DNA of 64,000 nt from Podarcis bocagei (lineage: Eukaryota), in NCBI GenBank assembly GCA_964188305.1, contig OZ076901.1; one strand, given 5' to 3'. Under the pieces are notes generated by a model. It searched no databases and had not been told where the DNA came from. It saw nothing but the letters and a program-made list of their open reading frames with translations. Below, in pieces: positions 24,230 through 38,261 of the stretch (the stretch's first letter is position 1; every line of letters begins with the position of its first letter). Made by a program: the position numbers and the translations under genes.

Positions 24230-24705
24230 GAGAATCATAGAACTGTATACTTGGATACACCATGGGTCATCTAGTCCAACCCCCTGCAATGCAGGAATCT
24301 CAGCTAAAGATTCCCTTGCAGGTGGTCATCCAACCTCTGCATGGAAACCTCCAATAACAGTCCACCACCTTCAGAGGGAGTCCGTTCCATTACTCCAATA
24401 AAAGTCCACCACCTTCAGAGGGAGTCCGTTCCATTGCTCTTAGCATGAGAAAGGTCTTCCTCATGTTTAGTCACAGTCTCTTTTCTTGCAATTTGAATCC
24501 AGTTGGTTCTGGTCCTATCCTCTGGAACAGAAGAGAACAAGCTTGCTCCATCTTCCATGTGCCAACCCTTCAGGTCATTGAAGATAGCCATCATATCACC
24601 TCTTGGTCTTCTCCAGGCTAAGCAGACCTAGCTCCCTCAACCATCTCTCGTATGGCATGGTTTCCAGGACTTCTGTCATCTTGATTTCCCTCTTCTGCAC
24701 CAGTT
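24230..24705 (-). mobile_element. CR1 LINE 3' fragment
   Basis: GGGTTGGACTAGATGACC...TTCTATGATTC tail on -; internal 32-bp duplication at about 24360 and 24403. Confidence 0.78.
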
Positions 24706-26496
24706 TGTCAATACAGTGGTACCTCCGGTTGCGAACGGGATCTGTTCTGGAGGTCTGGCCACATCCTAAGGAATTCGCAACTGGAGGACCACTTCTGCGC
24801 CGCCTTTTTGTTTAATAAGACTTTTCCTGTTTGTTTGATCAACTCTTGTCTGAGGCATTAAGTTTTCCCTTATGCAGGTCCCACACACGAAAGCCTGTGG
24901 TAAATTGTAAAACTGTGCAATGGGCATACAGTGAGTTGTGTGTGCTATATTTAATTGGGGAAGCAGTTAGTAGGGTGAGTCCACCACACTATTAATTGGT
25001 GGTAAGCGGTGGATACACCACAGATACTTTTAATATAAGACTAATTAAAGCCATTTTTAAAATCTACAAACATTGAAAAAGCATTAGGAACATTATAGAC
25101 ACACGTAAAACAGCCACATACCCTCTCAGTTAATAGTTTTCAGGGATGTCAGGGACAGTATATTTCTGTCATCAAGTTCCTTAGTGAATAGGAACATTTC
25201 TAAGTCAATCCAGAAAGATAATTATGAGGGAGACAGACACATCTCACTAAGGAGGGCATCCCATAAACAAGGAGCCACCACCAAGAAATCCTAGGTCAGC
25301 ATCATATCTCCCACATGCAATAAGAGTGCATCTTCATAACCCACTGCAAAAAAAACAACCCTACCTGCCCTCCCCAAATACCAGGTAAATGGTGATTAAT
25401 AGAATGACAGTGCTGCAATTGTGTGCAAAAAATAAAATAAAAAATCCACTAAAGAACAAGAACATGCCTGACTTTTTGACATAAGAAAAATGATGGAAAC
25501 TCGCAGTGGAAAATGCAGGATAACAACCACATGACGTTGATTTTTTATATTGTTTATTATTGATTTATTAATCACTTTCTATACAACCATCTCAAGGTGA
25601 TGTACAATAAAAACAATTAAATTCAATAAGTACTTTTAGAACAAAGCTGAAACCATTCCGAATCGACACTCATGACAAAGACCCATTTTTCCAGCTAGGA
25701 AAGCCTGTCAGAACAAAAATGTACAATTGTTTCAGAAAGTGCAGATAGTGTGCTCCTGTCATAGCTCAACAGGAAGGCTATTCCACAGAACAGGGACAGG
25801 TTACTGCAGAACAGGCTTCGGAGATCCATGGAACTTGCAGGAGATGCTCTCCCACAGACGTAACTTCCCAACAAATTCTGTGAAAACGAATAAGCACCAT
25901 TGCTCAATATACACTCCAGCTGGAAGTGATCTTAGTTTCTGAGAATCTGAGTTAGCTGAGTCATGTTTCCAGGAGCACAGCTGACTCCACTTTATCAACC
26001 TTGAACGTATTGAATTAGCCGAACATTGCAAACACACCAAAAGTCTACAGTGTTCTCTCACCCAAAGCTGGGTGTAGCTGGATAGAGAAGGATAGATCAC
26101 AAAATTGCAGAGTTGGAAGGTACCCAGGGGCCATCTAGTCTCTCCCCTCCATCAGGCAAGGCCTCCTTCCACCTGCCTTGCTCTACCCACTAGTCTCTGC
26201 TTCTCAATGTGTATTGTATTATTTTAGGTACTGTGGCTTGCTATTGTTTTACTGATTTTAGTTTAGATGTTATTTATTGTAACTGTTGAGTGGATTTCTG
26301 TTTAACTTTTATATGTTGATATTATTATACACTATTCTAATGACTGTTGAATGTTACTTTTTTGATGTAGGTTGCCTATTTTAAAGTTATGTTTTATTAT
26401 CACATTTTTGTATTGCATTAGATTGTTATAAGATGTACATTTTTTGTTTCTTCAGCTTGTAAACCGCCTTGAGTATTGTAAGATAGAAAGACAGTA

Positions 26497-26705
26497 CAGT
26501 GGTACCTCAGGTTACATAGGCTTCAGGTTACAGACTCTGCTAACCCAGAAATAGTGCTTCAGGTTAAGAACTTTGATTCAGGATGAGAACAGAAATCGTG
26601 CTCTGGCGGTGCAGCAGCAGCAGGAGGCCCCATTAGCTAAAATGGTGCTTCAGGTTAAGAACGGACCTCCGGAATGAATTAAGTACTTAACCCAAGGTAC
26701 CATTG
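26497..26705. mobile_element. Tc1/mariner MITE, same family
   Basis: TIRs, TA TSD and body homologous to 3682. Confidence 0.85.
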
Positions 26706-27180
26706 TATACAAATTAAAAATGATGATGATGATCTAGTCTAACCCTTGCAAAGCAGGAAATCACAGATAAGTGATTAGCTGTTCCTTTTCCAACAGTTAC
26801 TATTCCCTGCTGGGGGTCATCCAAAGGTCTGGGTTATGCTGCCACCAGTCCCAAGGAAGCCCCCAAAATTTGAGGTTTCCTTCTCCTTGCTGTCTCTTGC
26901 TAGCTGGACTTGGGCTCCTGACCAAGTGACCTGTTGCTTTGCTGCCAAACACTAACTCAGCAACCACCCCTTTCCTCCCGAAATGAAGTGCACGCTTCCT
27001 GGGCTTAGGACAGCTTGTGGAAGCATTCCCTTGAAACTGTTTCACTTGGCAGCTTCATCCGCACGGCTTGCTTTGCTTACGTAGACACCCTGCTCACCCC
27101 ACAACTATATGCAAGGAGGATTTCACGAGATCTGAGGCACCTTAGTGAGTGTGTTCTCCATTTCCCTGCAGGCAATCGTC

Positions 27181-27282
27181 ATGATGTTCTTCATCACTAT
27201 CAGCAGGAAAGGATTCCTTCTGACATTGGGCTTGGCAGGCTTCCTCATCCTGAGCTATACTCTGTACAGGAGGGTGTTCAAG
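27181..27282 (+). CDS. NXPE-family gene (NXPE1/2/4-like), coding exon 1: type II signal anchor
   Basis: Acceptor tttccctgcag at 27161-27171, ATG at 27181. Encodes MMFFITISRKGFLLTLGLAGFLILSYTLYRRVFK (short basic N-terminus plus hydrophobic helix). Phase-0 donor AAG|GTAGGG is in frame with the next exon. Confidence 0.85.
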
Positions 27283-27346
27283 GTAGGGGAGGGGGTGTAA
27301 GTTGCAGACAGAGCATTTCTGTGTGTGAAAGAAATCCTATGTTCAT

Positions 27347-28090
27347 AACAACAACAACAACAACTTTATTATTTGTACCCCACCCATTTGAGTGGGTTGC
27401 CCCAGCCACTCTGGGCAGCTTCCAACATATATAAGAACATAAGAAAACATTAAAAATTTCCCTATAGGGGGCTGCCTTCAAATGCCTTGTAAAGGTTATA
27501 TAGTTATCTCCTTGACATCTGATGGGAGGGTATTCCACAGGGAGAGCACCTCTGCTGAGAAGGCCCTCTTCCTGGTTCCCTGTAACTTCACTTCTCACAG
27601 TGAGGGAACTGCCAGGAGGTGTCGAGGCTGAATGGTGGGGGTGGAGACGCTCCTTCAGGTATACTAGGCCGAGGCCATTTAGGACTTTAAAGGTCAGCAC
27701 CAACACTTTGAATTATGCTTGGAAATGTACTGGGAGCCAATGTTGGTCTTTCAGGACCGGTGTTATATGGTTTCAGTGGCTACTCCCAATCACCAGTCTA
27801 GCTGCCGCATTCTGGATTTGTTGCAGTTTCTGAGTCGCCTTCAAAGATAGCCCCACATAGAGCGGATAGCAGTAGTCCAAGCGGGAGATAACCAGAACAT
27901 GCACCACTCTGGTGAGATAGTCCGCGGGAAGGTAGGGTCTCAGCCTGCATACCAGGTGGAGCTGGTAGACAGCTGCCCTGGACACAGAACTGACCTGCGC
28001 CTCCATGGACAGCTGTGAGTCCAAAATGGCTCCCAGGCTGCACTTGGTCATTCAGGGGCACAATTACCCCATTCAGGACCAGGGAGTCAC
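27347..28090 (-). mobile_element. L2 LINE 3' fragment in NXPE coding intron 1
   Basis: LGAILDSQLSMEAQV...ISRLDYC...FKVLNGLGLVYL. Confidence 0.88.
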
Positions 28091-28289
28091 CTGTTCAGCC
28101 CCCAACCTCACAAGCGGCAGAGCTGGAAAGAGCTTCTCCTTGCTGCTGGTCAGAGGGAAGGGGAGATGGACCAAGGGTCTTATTTGAATCTGACATCTTT
28201 GTATGAAGGGCACTTTGTTCCTAGATACCCCAGCTCATATATGCCCTGTTGATATTACAGAGGACTCACTTCTTGAGAACTTCACAGAC

Positions 28290-28291
<2 letters not shown>

Positions 28292-28376
<85 letters not shown>
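28292..28376. repeat. (GT)n(GA)n microsatellite 50 bp upstream of the NXPE exon 2 acceptor
   Basis: Seen directly. Confidence 0.95.
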
Positions 28377-28378
<2 letters not shown>

Positions 28379-28426
28379 CTGAATTCTGTTTCCTTATCAT
28401 TTGCCTTCTCTTGTTTCTCTTTAAAG

Positions 28427-29205
28427 ATCACTCTCTTTGGAGATCACATGAAGGAACCAGAGGATTTTCAAGATGCTTTGGAAACAAATGTAGACTTTTG
28501 CCTTAGATTCATGGGGAATAGGATTTGTCAGGCAGAGAATGCAGCCCAGTGCAGGACTAGGGTGCAATGGTGGAAAAAAGAGCAGGAGGTGAAGGAAATC
28601 CTTACAAAACTGGACCAGATAATGCCCAGCATCACTTTCACAGATATAATGACCACCACAAGTGCCAGGAACAGCAAGGCCACCATATTAAACCAAAAGG
28701 GTTCTTATTGCATTGGAGATCCCTTGATAGTTCGACTGGATTTGTACAACCACTTGGGGAAGCGAAAGGAATATGGAGGAGACTTCTTACGAGCAAGGAT
28801 CTTTTCTTCAAGTCTTAGGGCTGGAGCTTCTGGGCACATCACAGACTATAAAAATGGGACATATCTGGTCAATTTCACTTTATTTTGGGAGGGCGATGTC
28901 AGAGTGTCCATCTTGCTCATCCACCCCAGTGAAGGAGTTTCAGCACTGTGGGCTGCAAGGAAAAAAGGCTACGACAAAATAGCTTTTATAGGCACATTTT
29001 TAAATGGAACATCACGTGTCTGCACCAAATGTGGCTTTGTCATAGAGACAAACGCGGAACTATGCGAGTATCTTGATGAACGAGACCAAGAAGCCTTCTA
29101 CTGCGTAAAACCAAAGAATGTGCCCTGTGAAGCATTTGTTCTCCTGACGACTGACAACAAGCCCATCACCTACCTCACATCCTTGGAGCAGAGCCTTTTT
29201 AGGAG
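28427..29205 (+). CDS. NXPE-family gene, coding exon 2 (large exon, neurexophilin/Ig-like region)
   Basis: Polypyrimidine acceptor ...ctctttaaag|ATC. Family motifs YGGDFLRARI, DYKNGTYLVNFTLFWEG, LIHPSEGVSALW and FYCVKPKNVPC. Donor AG|GTGTT, phase 2. Confidence 0.95.
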
Positions 29206-29611
29206 GTGTTTGCAATTCTATATCAGACCTATAGCTTGGACAGCAACACACTGGTTGTGAATGTGGGAAGATTTATTAGAACTCATTTGGCAGCTGAATA
29301 TAAATATTGGTGGAAAAGGGGTAGGTCGGTCCCTTTTGTGAGGACCTTGGAGCAGTCTGGGAATCACAGAGGTAGAAGTCCAAACAAAACTGGGAGAGAA
29401 ACCTAGAAGCTTTATCACATCTCGGTACATGAGTCATCTGCACCATTAACTTCTCTCTCTTTGGGTTAAAGCAGAGGGAACTCTGTGGCCCTCCAGATGT
29501 TGTTGGACTCCAACTCCCATCAGTCCCAGCTACCATGACCAATGGGATGATGTGAATTGGAGCCCACCAACATCTGGAGAGCTACAGTTTCTCTTTCCCA
29601 CACCTGGGTTA

Positions 29612-29995
29612 AAAGGTAAAGGTAAAGGACCCCTGACAGTTAAGTCCAGTCGCAGACGGCTTTGGGGTTGCGGTGCTCATCTCGCTTTACTGGTTGAGTG
29701 AGCCGGCGTTTGTCTGCAGACAGTTTTTCCGGGTCATGTGGCCAGCATGACTAAGCCACTTCTGATGCAACCGCAGCAGTGCACAGAAACGCCATTTACT
29801 TTCCTGCTGGAGTGGTACCTATTTATCTACTTGCACTTTTCTGCTTTCTTTGGCATGCTTTCAAACTGCTAGATTGGCAGGAACTGGGACCGAGCAATGG
29901 GAGCTCACCCCGTCGTAGGGATTTGAACCGCTGACCTTCTGATCGGCAAGCCCAAGAGGCTCAGTGGTTCAGACCACAGCGCCCCCCGCGTCACT
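29612..29995 (-). mobile_element. Sauria SINE (NXPE intron 2)
   Basis: Homologous to the 55230 copy; (ACCTTT)n tail; near-perfect TSD cacacctg(g/a)gtta. Confidence 0.88.
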
Positions 29996-30445
29996 TCACA
30001 CCTGAGTTAGAGACCCTCAAATATAGTGTGGAACAGAAACATTTCCAGAAAAGAAGCTACACAGTATTTGGGATCTGCCAGGGCCAATCTAGCTTTCAAC
30101 AATTGCAAAATGCTACAAGTTCGCCAAGGAGTCCTTTGGCTGTTTCAACCCCCCTTCCCCATAAATTTGCTTGCAATTATTTCATTCTTATGCAAGTGCC
30201 CTTGCCAGATTTCCTGCAGCAGTCTCCTCCAGAAGATGGTCTTGTTTCTTATACCTAGCAATAGGTACCCAGTGCTGACCCAAGATGCTTTGCTGTCTGA
30301 TGTATGAGACAAGACCACCCCTCTCCCTCCATAACCTGCAGAAGCCAACCAGACTCGCCCTTGAATGGTGGCAATGGGACAGAGTCCTCCATCATATCCA
30401 CACTTTTTGCCAGCATGATCCCAACACATGCGTGACGCACGTGTA

Positions 30446-30749
30446 AGGTAAAGGTAAAGGGACCCCTGACTATTAGGTCCAGTCGTGGCCGACTCTGGGG
30501 TTGCGGCGCTCATCTTGCTTTATTGGCCGAGGGAGCCGGCGTACAGCTTCCGGGTCATGTGGCCAGCATGACTAAGCCACTTCTGGCAAACCAGAGCAGT
30601 GCACAGAAACGCCTTTACCTTCCCACCGGAGCGGTACCTATTTATCTACTTGCACTTTGACGTGCTTTCAAACTGCTAGGTTGGCAGGAGCAGGGACTGA
30701 GCAACAGGAGCTCACTCCGTCGTGGGGATTTGAACTGCCAAACTTCTGC
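30446..30749 (-). mobile_element. Sauria SINE, 5'-truncated
   Basis: Homologous to the 29612 copy. Confidence 0.85.
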
Positions 30750-30841
30750 CCTGTGGCTCATGTGTAGAGAAGGTCAAATAGAGGCAAAGAAGCATTCTTA
30801 TTTCCTATGCACTCATTTGCCATTCTCTTCTGTCTTTGAAG

Positions 30842-30903
30842 GGACAACATCGGGATCGAGATATCACAGAGTTTTGGGGAGATCCGTGTCCTATCCTGTA
30901 ACA
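30842..30903 (+). CDS. NXPE-family gene, coding exon 3 (62 bp)
   Basis: tctgtctttgaag|G...A|GTAAGT, encoding (R)DNIGIEISQSFGEIRVLSCN. Phases (2 in, 1 out) join exons 2 and 4. Confidence 0.9.
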
Positions 30904-31528
30904 GTAAGTTGTCTTTTTAACCAACACGGGTTTCTTTGATGAATGGTGCACAGCTTAGCACCAGTTGTAGTGACACTTTGCCACCAGATCTGATGTAAAC
31001 TCGCCCCATTCCTCAGAACTATTTCTTTCAAGCATGCTGAACACTTTTGGAGAGATTGCTGCTCAGTGGCAGAGGATTGGCTTTGCATGCAGAAGGTCCC
31101 AGATTCAATTTGTGCTTCATGTCCAGATAGAACCAGGGAAAACTCCAGTATGAAATTCTGGAAAGCTGCTACCAGCTAGTTTAGGCAATAAGGGCGTAGA
31201 TGGACCAATAGTCTGACTCGGAAGACTCTGGGCTGTATTTAGTGCTAGTGTTACTCAGAGTAGACCCATCGAAGTCCTATGTGCAGTGCATCTAAAAAGA
31301 ACAAGGCTTTGGAGGAAGAGGGAAATCCACAGGAGTCCCTAATCTAAGCAGTATCTCAGAACTCAGTCTCTCACATAGTTCTTCAGTGATATTGAATGGT
31401 CCTTTGGAACTCAAACTGGTGGTGACCATATTCCAAAGATGCTTAAATCCCACACAAGGAAACTGAAGCTCCAGAAACCCAGCTCTCTCCATGTTCACCA
31501 CCAAATATCCCTCATCTGTTTCTGTTAG

Positions 31529-31750
31529 GAAGTGCGACGATGATGGCAAGAGACAAATGCATGATTGGGATGAGCTTGCCCGTTCCCAGCGGCTATGCCT
31601 TGCAGGAGGTTTGGCACCCACAGTTTTGCTCCGTATCTGATTTTAGCACTCTGGATCGAATCCAGGAATGCCTGAAGAAGAAGAAGATTTATCTCATGGG
31701 GGATTCAACGTTAAGGCAATGGATCTATTACCTTACTGAAAAGGTGGCAA
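31529..31750 (+). CDS. NXPE-family gene, coding exon 4A (PC-esterase/SGNH GDS motif)
   Basis: tctgttag|GA...A|GTACGT. Encodes PVPSGY, WHPQFC and IYLMGDSTLRQW. Confidence 0.95.
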
Positions 31751-31986
31751 GTACGTTCTCCTGGTATGTGGGTTGCCTTCAGATTTGCTCTGAGCACCCT
31801 TCACTTTTGGCTTCAGCTTTGCATCCCATTCCCATTCGCATACACATTGGTTGCAGTTGGTAATTTACAGCATGCAATTAATGGATAGCTCAGTTAATTA
31901 GCGCATGATAACACCATGGTTGCAGGTTTTATGCCTGTATGGGACAACTGCATTTTCCTGCATTGCAGGGGGTTGGACTAGAATTC

Positions 31987-32122
31987 AGGCATGGCCAAAC
32001 TTGGGCCTCCAGCTGTTTTGGGACTACAATTCCCATCACCCCTGTCCAATAGGTCCTGTTAGCTAGGGATGATGGGAGTTGTAGTCCCAAAACAGCCGGA
32101 GGGCCAAGTTTGGCCATGTCTG
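31987..32122. mobile_element. Palindromic hAT-like MITE nested in a CR1-tailed tRNA-derived SINE (about 31882-32166, +)
   Basis: Same family as 23199; SINE sequence ggactag...atgatcctcaggg resumes after it. Confidence 0.8.
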
Positions 32123-32371
32123 GCCTAGATGATCCTCAGGGTCCCTTCCAACTCTACGATTCTATGAAGTTGTGGCCAACTTTTAAACCCTCCCCATGGA
32201 CTTGATCTGCAGAGTCCAGAGCCCACATGCTCTTTCTCTGGTACACATTAAACACAGACTTAGCTACAATGAATGAAGAAGACTAAAAGTGCTCTCCCCA
32301 TTGAGGATCCAAAACTGCCATTAAAAGTTGGGTCCACATCAATGCTACCAAGTAACACCACTTTTCAAATA

Positions 32372-33223
<852 letters not shown>

Positions 33224-33717
33224 TTTAGGGAAGAGATGGTTGGAGACAGAGAAAGTACAAAGTTCCAGTCTATCAGGAAACTTAATGAGGATGGGGGAGG
33301 GCAGTCACACTGATTTATATCCCTAAGTCCTCTTGACATTTGATCACCTGGAGAACGAATTCAGTTCAGGTCTGGGTGTGGAGAAGTCAATTAAACTTAC
33401 TAAGCACTTAGGTCCAAGGATGAGTTGGTACCCCAAACATCCTCTGTCTACCCGCACCCACAACAAAAAAATCCCACAATATTCACAGATTCATCCCATG
33501 TCTGGAACAGAAATCAATCCAATGAATGCAACTGCTATTTGCTGTTGCTTGCACTCCACAAATGATACAAAATTTGATGAGAAAGTAAAGCTGGTTTTGT
33601 CTGCTTCTGAGCAACTGACCATTGGCCTTGCTGGATGGGACTAATGGAAGTTGCAGTGCAGCAACATCTGCTAAGGCACTAGGTCTTGTAGCCTTATTGG
33701 AATTAACCGATTGGGTC

Positions 33718-34339
33718 TGCATTGCTCCGGGACAGGAGGAAGGAAGTCAAATGACACCAAGGTTGGTTCAAAGAAAGAGTTTATTCTGCTCTCCGGATAG
33801 CAGAAGGCACTTGTATGGTGAGTCCACAGCAAGTCCAAAGAAATCAGAGATTGCATGCAGTATATATATCCTCCAGGCACCCTCTCCCTCCTTCCCCAGG
33901 AATCCAACCACGTCAGCCTATGTACGCAGGTTGACATCACATATGTTCTTGCTCTGGTATTCTTAACCATAAAAGGGTATTCTTTCCTGTACTTCTGACC
34001 ATAAAAGGATCTTCCACTTCCTACTCTTATCTTGGAGGAAGAGGTCGTCATCTCCGAGAACACACTCTGGCATTGTTCCCAGACTTAGGTCTGTGCGTCT
34101 TTTGTGGTCAGGACATAAGATAAGGCACAGACGTGTCTTCTCTGTTCTATTGGTACAGTCAGGGTCATCCCTTGCCGCAGCTGATAAAGGAGAGAGTTTG
34201 TTTATACAGCTGTGTCCTTGTTATGCATTTGCTCAACTGCTTAAGTTTTATGCATTTTAGAGTGCTCTCTTGGAGAAACAAGAAAAGGGGGGAGGGTTGA
34301 GTCAGTTTTAAACTGACTGCACAGAAACCCATTCCTTCA
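33718..34339 (-). mobile_element. Probable solo LTR (about 620 bp)
   Basis: Begins TGAAGGAATG on -, then TATATA (about 33861) and AATAAA (33780-33785). Flanking gtctg repeat; left boundary uncertain. Confidence 0.5.
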
Positions 34340-34917
34340 GTCTGAGGAAAGCTGCCTGGTGCAGGGGTGCCAACTCACCCTCAGTATTGTGGGTGCCCAC
34401 CAATGCAACATGGTCATGTCACATCACACACACACCTGCACATAGTGAGTGTGATGTCACACGCACCATGTACAGGTGTGTCTCTGTGTGTGATGTTGCT
34501 TGCCCGCATTTCGGTGGCAGCGGCGGCTTCTCTTCCTCCTCCTCCTCCCTGCAGCCAGCAAGGCACTCTTTTCCACAGGGAGGAGCTCTGATGTCCAGGC
34601 CTGCTCCCTCAGAAAAAGGTGCTTCACTGGCTGGCTGCAGAGGAGAGAGCTGAACTTCTTCTCTCCCAGAGGCAGCACAGCTGCCGCCTGCCAGCCTTTC
34701 TCACTGACTTTGTGGGTACCAAGCACCCACAATTATATTTTTGTGGGTGCCCAAACACCCACGGCCCCCTGGAGTCAAAGAGAAGTGTTTAACTTGCAGC
34801 AGGTGCATAACTCACTGCGAAAGCATCTGTTAACACGTGACATGCTTAGCCCCATAGAACAATTGCACTATAAATATTTTTCCGGAGTGCTGTGAACTTG
34901 CCTTGCTATAATATATT

Positions 34918-35521
34918 ATTATTATTATTATTAATAATAATAATAATAATAATAGTAATATAAATTTGTACCCCGCCCATCTGGCTGCTTCCACTCTGGG
35001 CGGCTTCCAACAAAGATGAAAAATACATTAAAATGTCACACATTAAAAACTTTCCTAAACTAAGGTTACCAGATTTTTTTTCAATGAATCCGGGGACACT
35101 TTTCAACTTCAATGGATTTTGTATGGGGACTGATTTGTAAATCCAGGGACTGTCCCCGGGAAACGAGGACGTCTGGTAACCTTACCCTAAACAGGGCTGC
35201 CTTCAGATGTCTTCTAAATGACAGGTAGTTGTTTATTTCCTTAACATCTGATGGGATGGCATTCCACAGGGTGGGCGCCACTACTGAGAAGGCCCTCTGT
35301 CTGGTTCACTGTAACCTCACTTTTCGCAGTGAGGGAACTACCAGAAGGCCCTCTGCGCTGGACCTCAGTGTCTGGGCAGAACAATGGGGGTGGAGACGCT
35401 CCTTCAGGTATACAGGACTGAGGCCATTTAGGGCTTTAGAGGTCAGCACCAACACTTTGAATTGTGCTTGGAAACATACTGGGAGCCAATGTAGGTCTTT
35501 CAGGACCGGTGTTACATGGTC
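34918..35521 (-). mobile_element. L2 3' fragment interrupted by a hAT MITE
   Basis: LKDLHWLPVCFQAQFKVLVLT. L2 sequence resumes either side of 35061-35184. Confidence 0.85.
35061..35184. mobile_element. hAT (Blackjack-like) MITE
   Basis: TIR TAAGGTTACCAGA/TCTGGTAACCTTA; 8-bp TSD (t/c)CCTAAAC. Confidence 0.85.
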
Positions 35522-35909
35522 TTGTATGTTATACAAACATAGCCTTGTGACAGCATTGTATCTCTCATATTTGACACTGCAAAGAAATTTCTGTTGCTCA
35601 AGGAAATAAAAACAAGGGATAAGTGAACTGAAGTCTTTTTCTTTTTTCCTTTAGTACCAAATAAGTGATGCTTTCACACAGACTTACCTGGTTCCTATAA
35701 AAATCCATAGAGGGAAATGTTCAACTTAGGCTGGATCTACACAGTCCTGTTTAGCATTATTAGAACAATATTAGATACGTTGTTCTAAAACGTCACAGGG
35801 CATACTTGTAAATTAAAGTGTTTTTTACCTTTTTTTGTTCCAAATGCTGTCTCGCTACTGCTGGTTGCTCTGCAGAGCCCTTTGTGTCTCATTTTAATAT
35901 CGCATTGTG

Positions 35910-37761
35910 TGTTTTTTTTAATAAAATTTTTATTGGTTTTTCAAATTTTTATAACAACACAACACACACATAAAAGACAAAGACAAGAACACGTACAATT
36001 TCAAATATCTTACTTTCTTAACCTTGGTCGTTGACTTCCCCCCACCCCACTTCCTGCATCCCACTTCCCATAGTTATATCAGCAAATTATTATTTTGTCT
36101 TCTTACCATTTTAATATTAGATCTTTTATAAAAAAATTAAGTTCTTTCCTAAGTTGGACTCGAAAGTCTCTTCCACCGATTTCCCATTTTTTATAAGACA
36201 TAAAAGATATTAACTAAACCCCAATATCATAAGTGTTTTTTTTTTTTTAAATTCTATTTTCCCCTCCTCCCATCCCTGGTTTCCGTCCCTTCCCAAATAC
36301 AGGTCCAAAATATCAGTTCTTAGCCTGGATTCCTCACATCCGAGGCCTTCAAATCTCTTTCAGTTCCTCTCCGCTGGTTTTGTTGGTAATCCTTCATGTT
36401 GGTCTTCGGATCTCGAAGGAGTTCTATCCCAGTCAGGCCAGATTTTCTTCCCACAAAAGCACTTGAGACCAACTGCTGCAAAATTCCCACCAATCCTTCA
36501 TATTCCAAATCAGAATAGAGATGAAGATAAGAGTCAAAATGAAAATAAGGATGAAGGCCCCAGTCATATTTCTTCTTTCTTTTAAATTCTTGGATTCCCA
36601 GTATTCCAGGGGCCTTCTCCTTCATCTTGCGGATCTTTTGCAGATTTATACTCCACATAATCCAAGGGTCTTCTTGTTTATAATCCATTTGTCTGGGCTT
36701 CTGATTTGTACCTTCCATCTGTACTTTCTCCTGTGTTTGTTTAGTCTCATTTCCTTCTTGCTTTATCTCTTTCCGCTCGGCTGCAGATTTTTTCTCACTC
36801 AAGTCCTCCATATTTTCAGCAGAGCTGCTTGTTCCAGCAGTCAAGGTCATAAGTTGTTTATTCATAGCAAGGCTCTGCTCTTGTAGAATTCCCACAAGAT
36901 AGAATGTTTTTTCTAGCTCAGCTAGTAAGTTTCCATCCACAGCCATTGTAATTTCTCAGACTTCCCCCTAGGGGGAATCTAGTTACAATAACCTTTTCCC
37001 AACAATCCTTTTCCTCTTGATTTATTTCTTTGTATCCAAACACTTTGGTTAATTTGTATCGATTTTTGTCCAGAGAGATCTTAGGTAACAAACTCTTTCA
37101 CTTTAAGTCGCCCGTTTGACAGCTTTTGACAGCTGTCAAACTCCTTTCCTCTTCAACAGGCTGAGAAACAGGACTCTCCCGGGCCCGGGAGGGGGGATTA
37201 CAAGCGGCAAAAGAAAAAGTTCTAAAACACCACTCTTACACTCCAGCTCCACACTTCTTTCATCCAATCGTGAAAGTTGCTGTCTTTTTAAAACTCACCC
37301 CAAAAGGGTAGGCTCTCCAACTTAGTTTTCCTGCCGTTGCTTTAAATCGTCTGCAGGAGAGGGGGGTGCGGACTTCCCTTTAACACACACCCCGGTCGTG
37401 CCAAATTTACGGATCGATATTTTTAAAGTCCAGGTTCCACGGGTTGCTTCTTTTTTGGGTCCAAATTTGAGGAAGAAAGTCAGCGCTCTTCAGCCATGGC
37501 ACACGGCTCCGCTGGGGTAGCGGTCTACTCCCAGCACCACGCCACTCTCCGTACCCTCTCCGCAGCCTTTAAAAAGGCTCTTCATGGGTCGGGGAGGGCG
37601 CTTAAGGTGCCCACCGAGTCACCAGGTCCTCAGGCATCCGCGCCTGAGGTTTTTAAGGGTCCCCGCGTCGCCGTCGCGGCAAGACCCGTCCCCAGCAGAG
37701 CCGATTCCCTCCGGAGCTTGGAGGGAATCCGCCATTAGCTGTTCGCGCCAACCCGGAAGTC
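35910..37761 (-). mobile_element. Non-autonomous L1-like (HAL1-type architecture) retroelement with a single ORF
   Basis: 18-bp TSD TTTTAATATCGCATTGTG (35892-35909 and 37762-37779). 5' end GACTTCCGG like the full L1, CpG-rich 5'UTR, AATAAA and A tail. No RT or EN. Confidence 0.85.
36320..36946 (-). CDS. 208-aa ORF of the non-autonomous element, function unknown
   Basis: ACAATGG Kozak context, A-rich L1-like codon composition, central position in the element. No recognisable domain. Confidence 0.55.
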   Translation of the reverse strand: MAVDGNLLAELEKTFYLVGILQEQSLAMNKQLMTLTAGTSSSAENMEDLSEKKSAAERKEIKQEGNETKQTQEKVQMEGTNQKPRQMDYKQEDPWIMWSINLQKIRKMKEKAPGILGIQEFKRKKKYDWGLHPYFHFDSYLHLYSDLEYEGLVGILQQLVSSAFVGRKSGLTGIELLRDPKTNMKDYQQNQRRGTERDLKASDVRNPG

Positions 37762-38261
37762 TTTTAATATCGCATTGTGAACGTTAAAAGTAAGAAGTCA
37801 TGTGTCCATATGTGTTATCAAAACCCTTCCTTAACCCTTCCTTAAAGTGAAAAACCATGTGTGTAGATCTGCCCTCAGAAACATGTGTCAAAGGAAAGGA
37901 AACAAGGGTTGATAAGCAGAAGTTGAGCACTCTGTCCTTCTACACCTCTGCAGGAAGCCAAGGTCCGCAGGTCTTAGACACCCACACCCACCCACAAGCT
38001 TCTCTTGCACAGGTAGTTTTACAAGTTATGAGCTGCAGAAAGGGCCAGGTCCAGTTCCTGGCATCTCCAGGTAGAGCTGGGAGACAGTCCTTGCCTGGAA
38101 CCCAGAAGAGCTGCTGCCAGTCAGTGTATACAATACTGAGCTAGAATGACCATGGCCTGACTCAGTAGAAGACATCTTCCTATGTTGCAGCAGGCTCCCC
38201 CTGTTGATTGGCTTTAGAAATAACAATTTGGGGAAGTTTTCTTTTTCCATAGATTGTGGTA

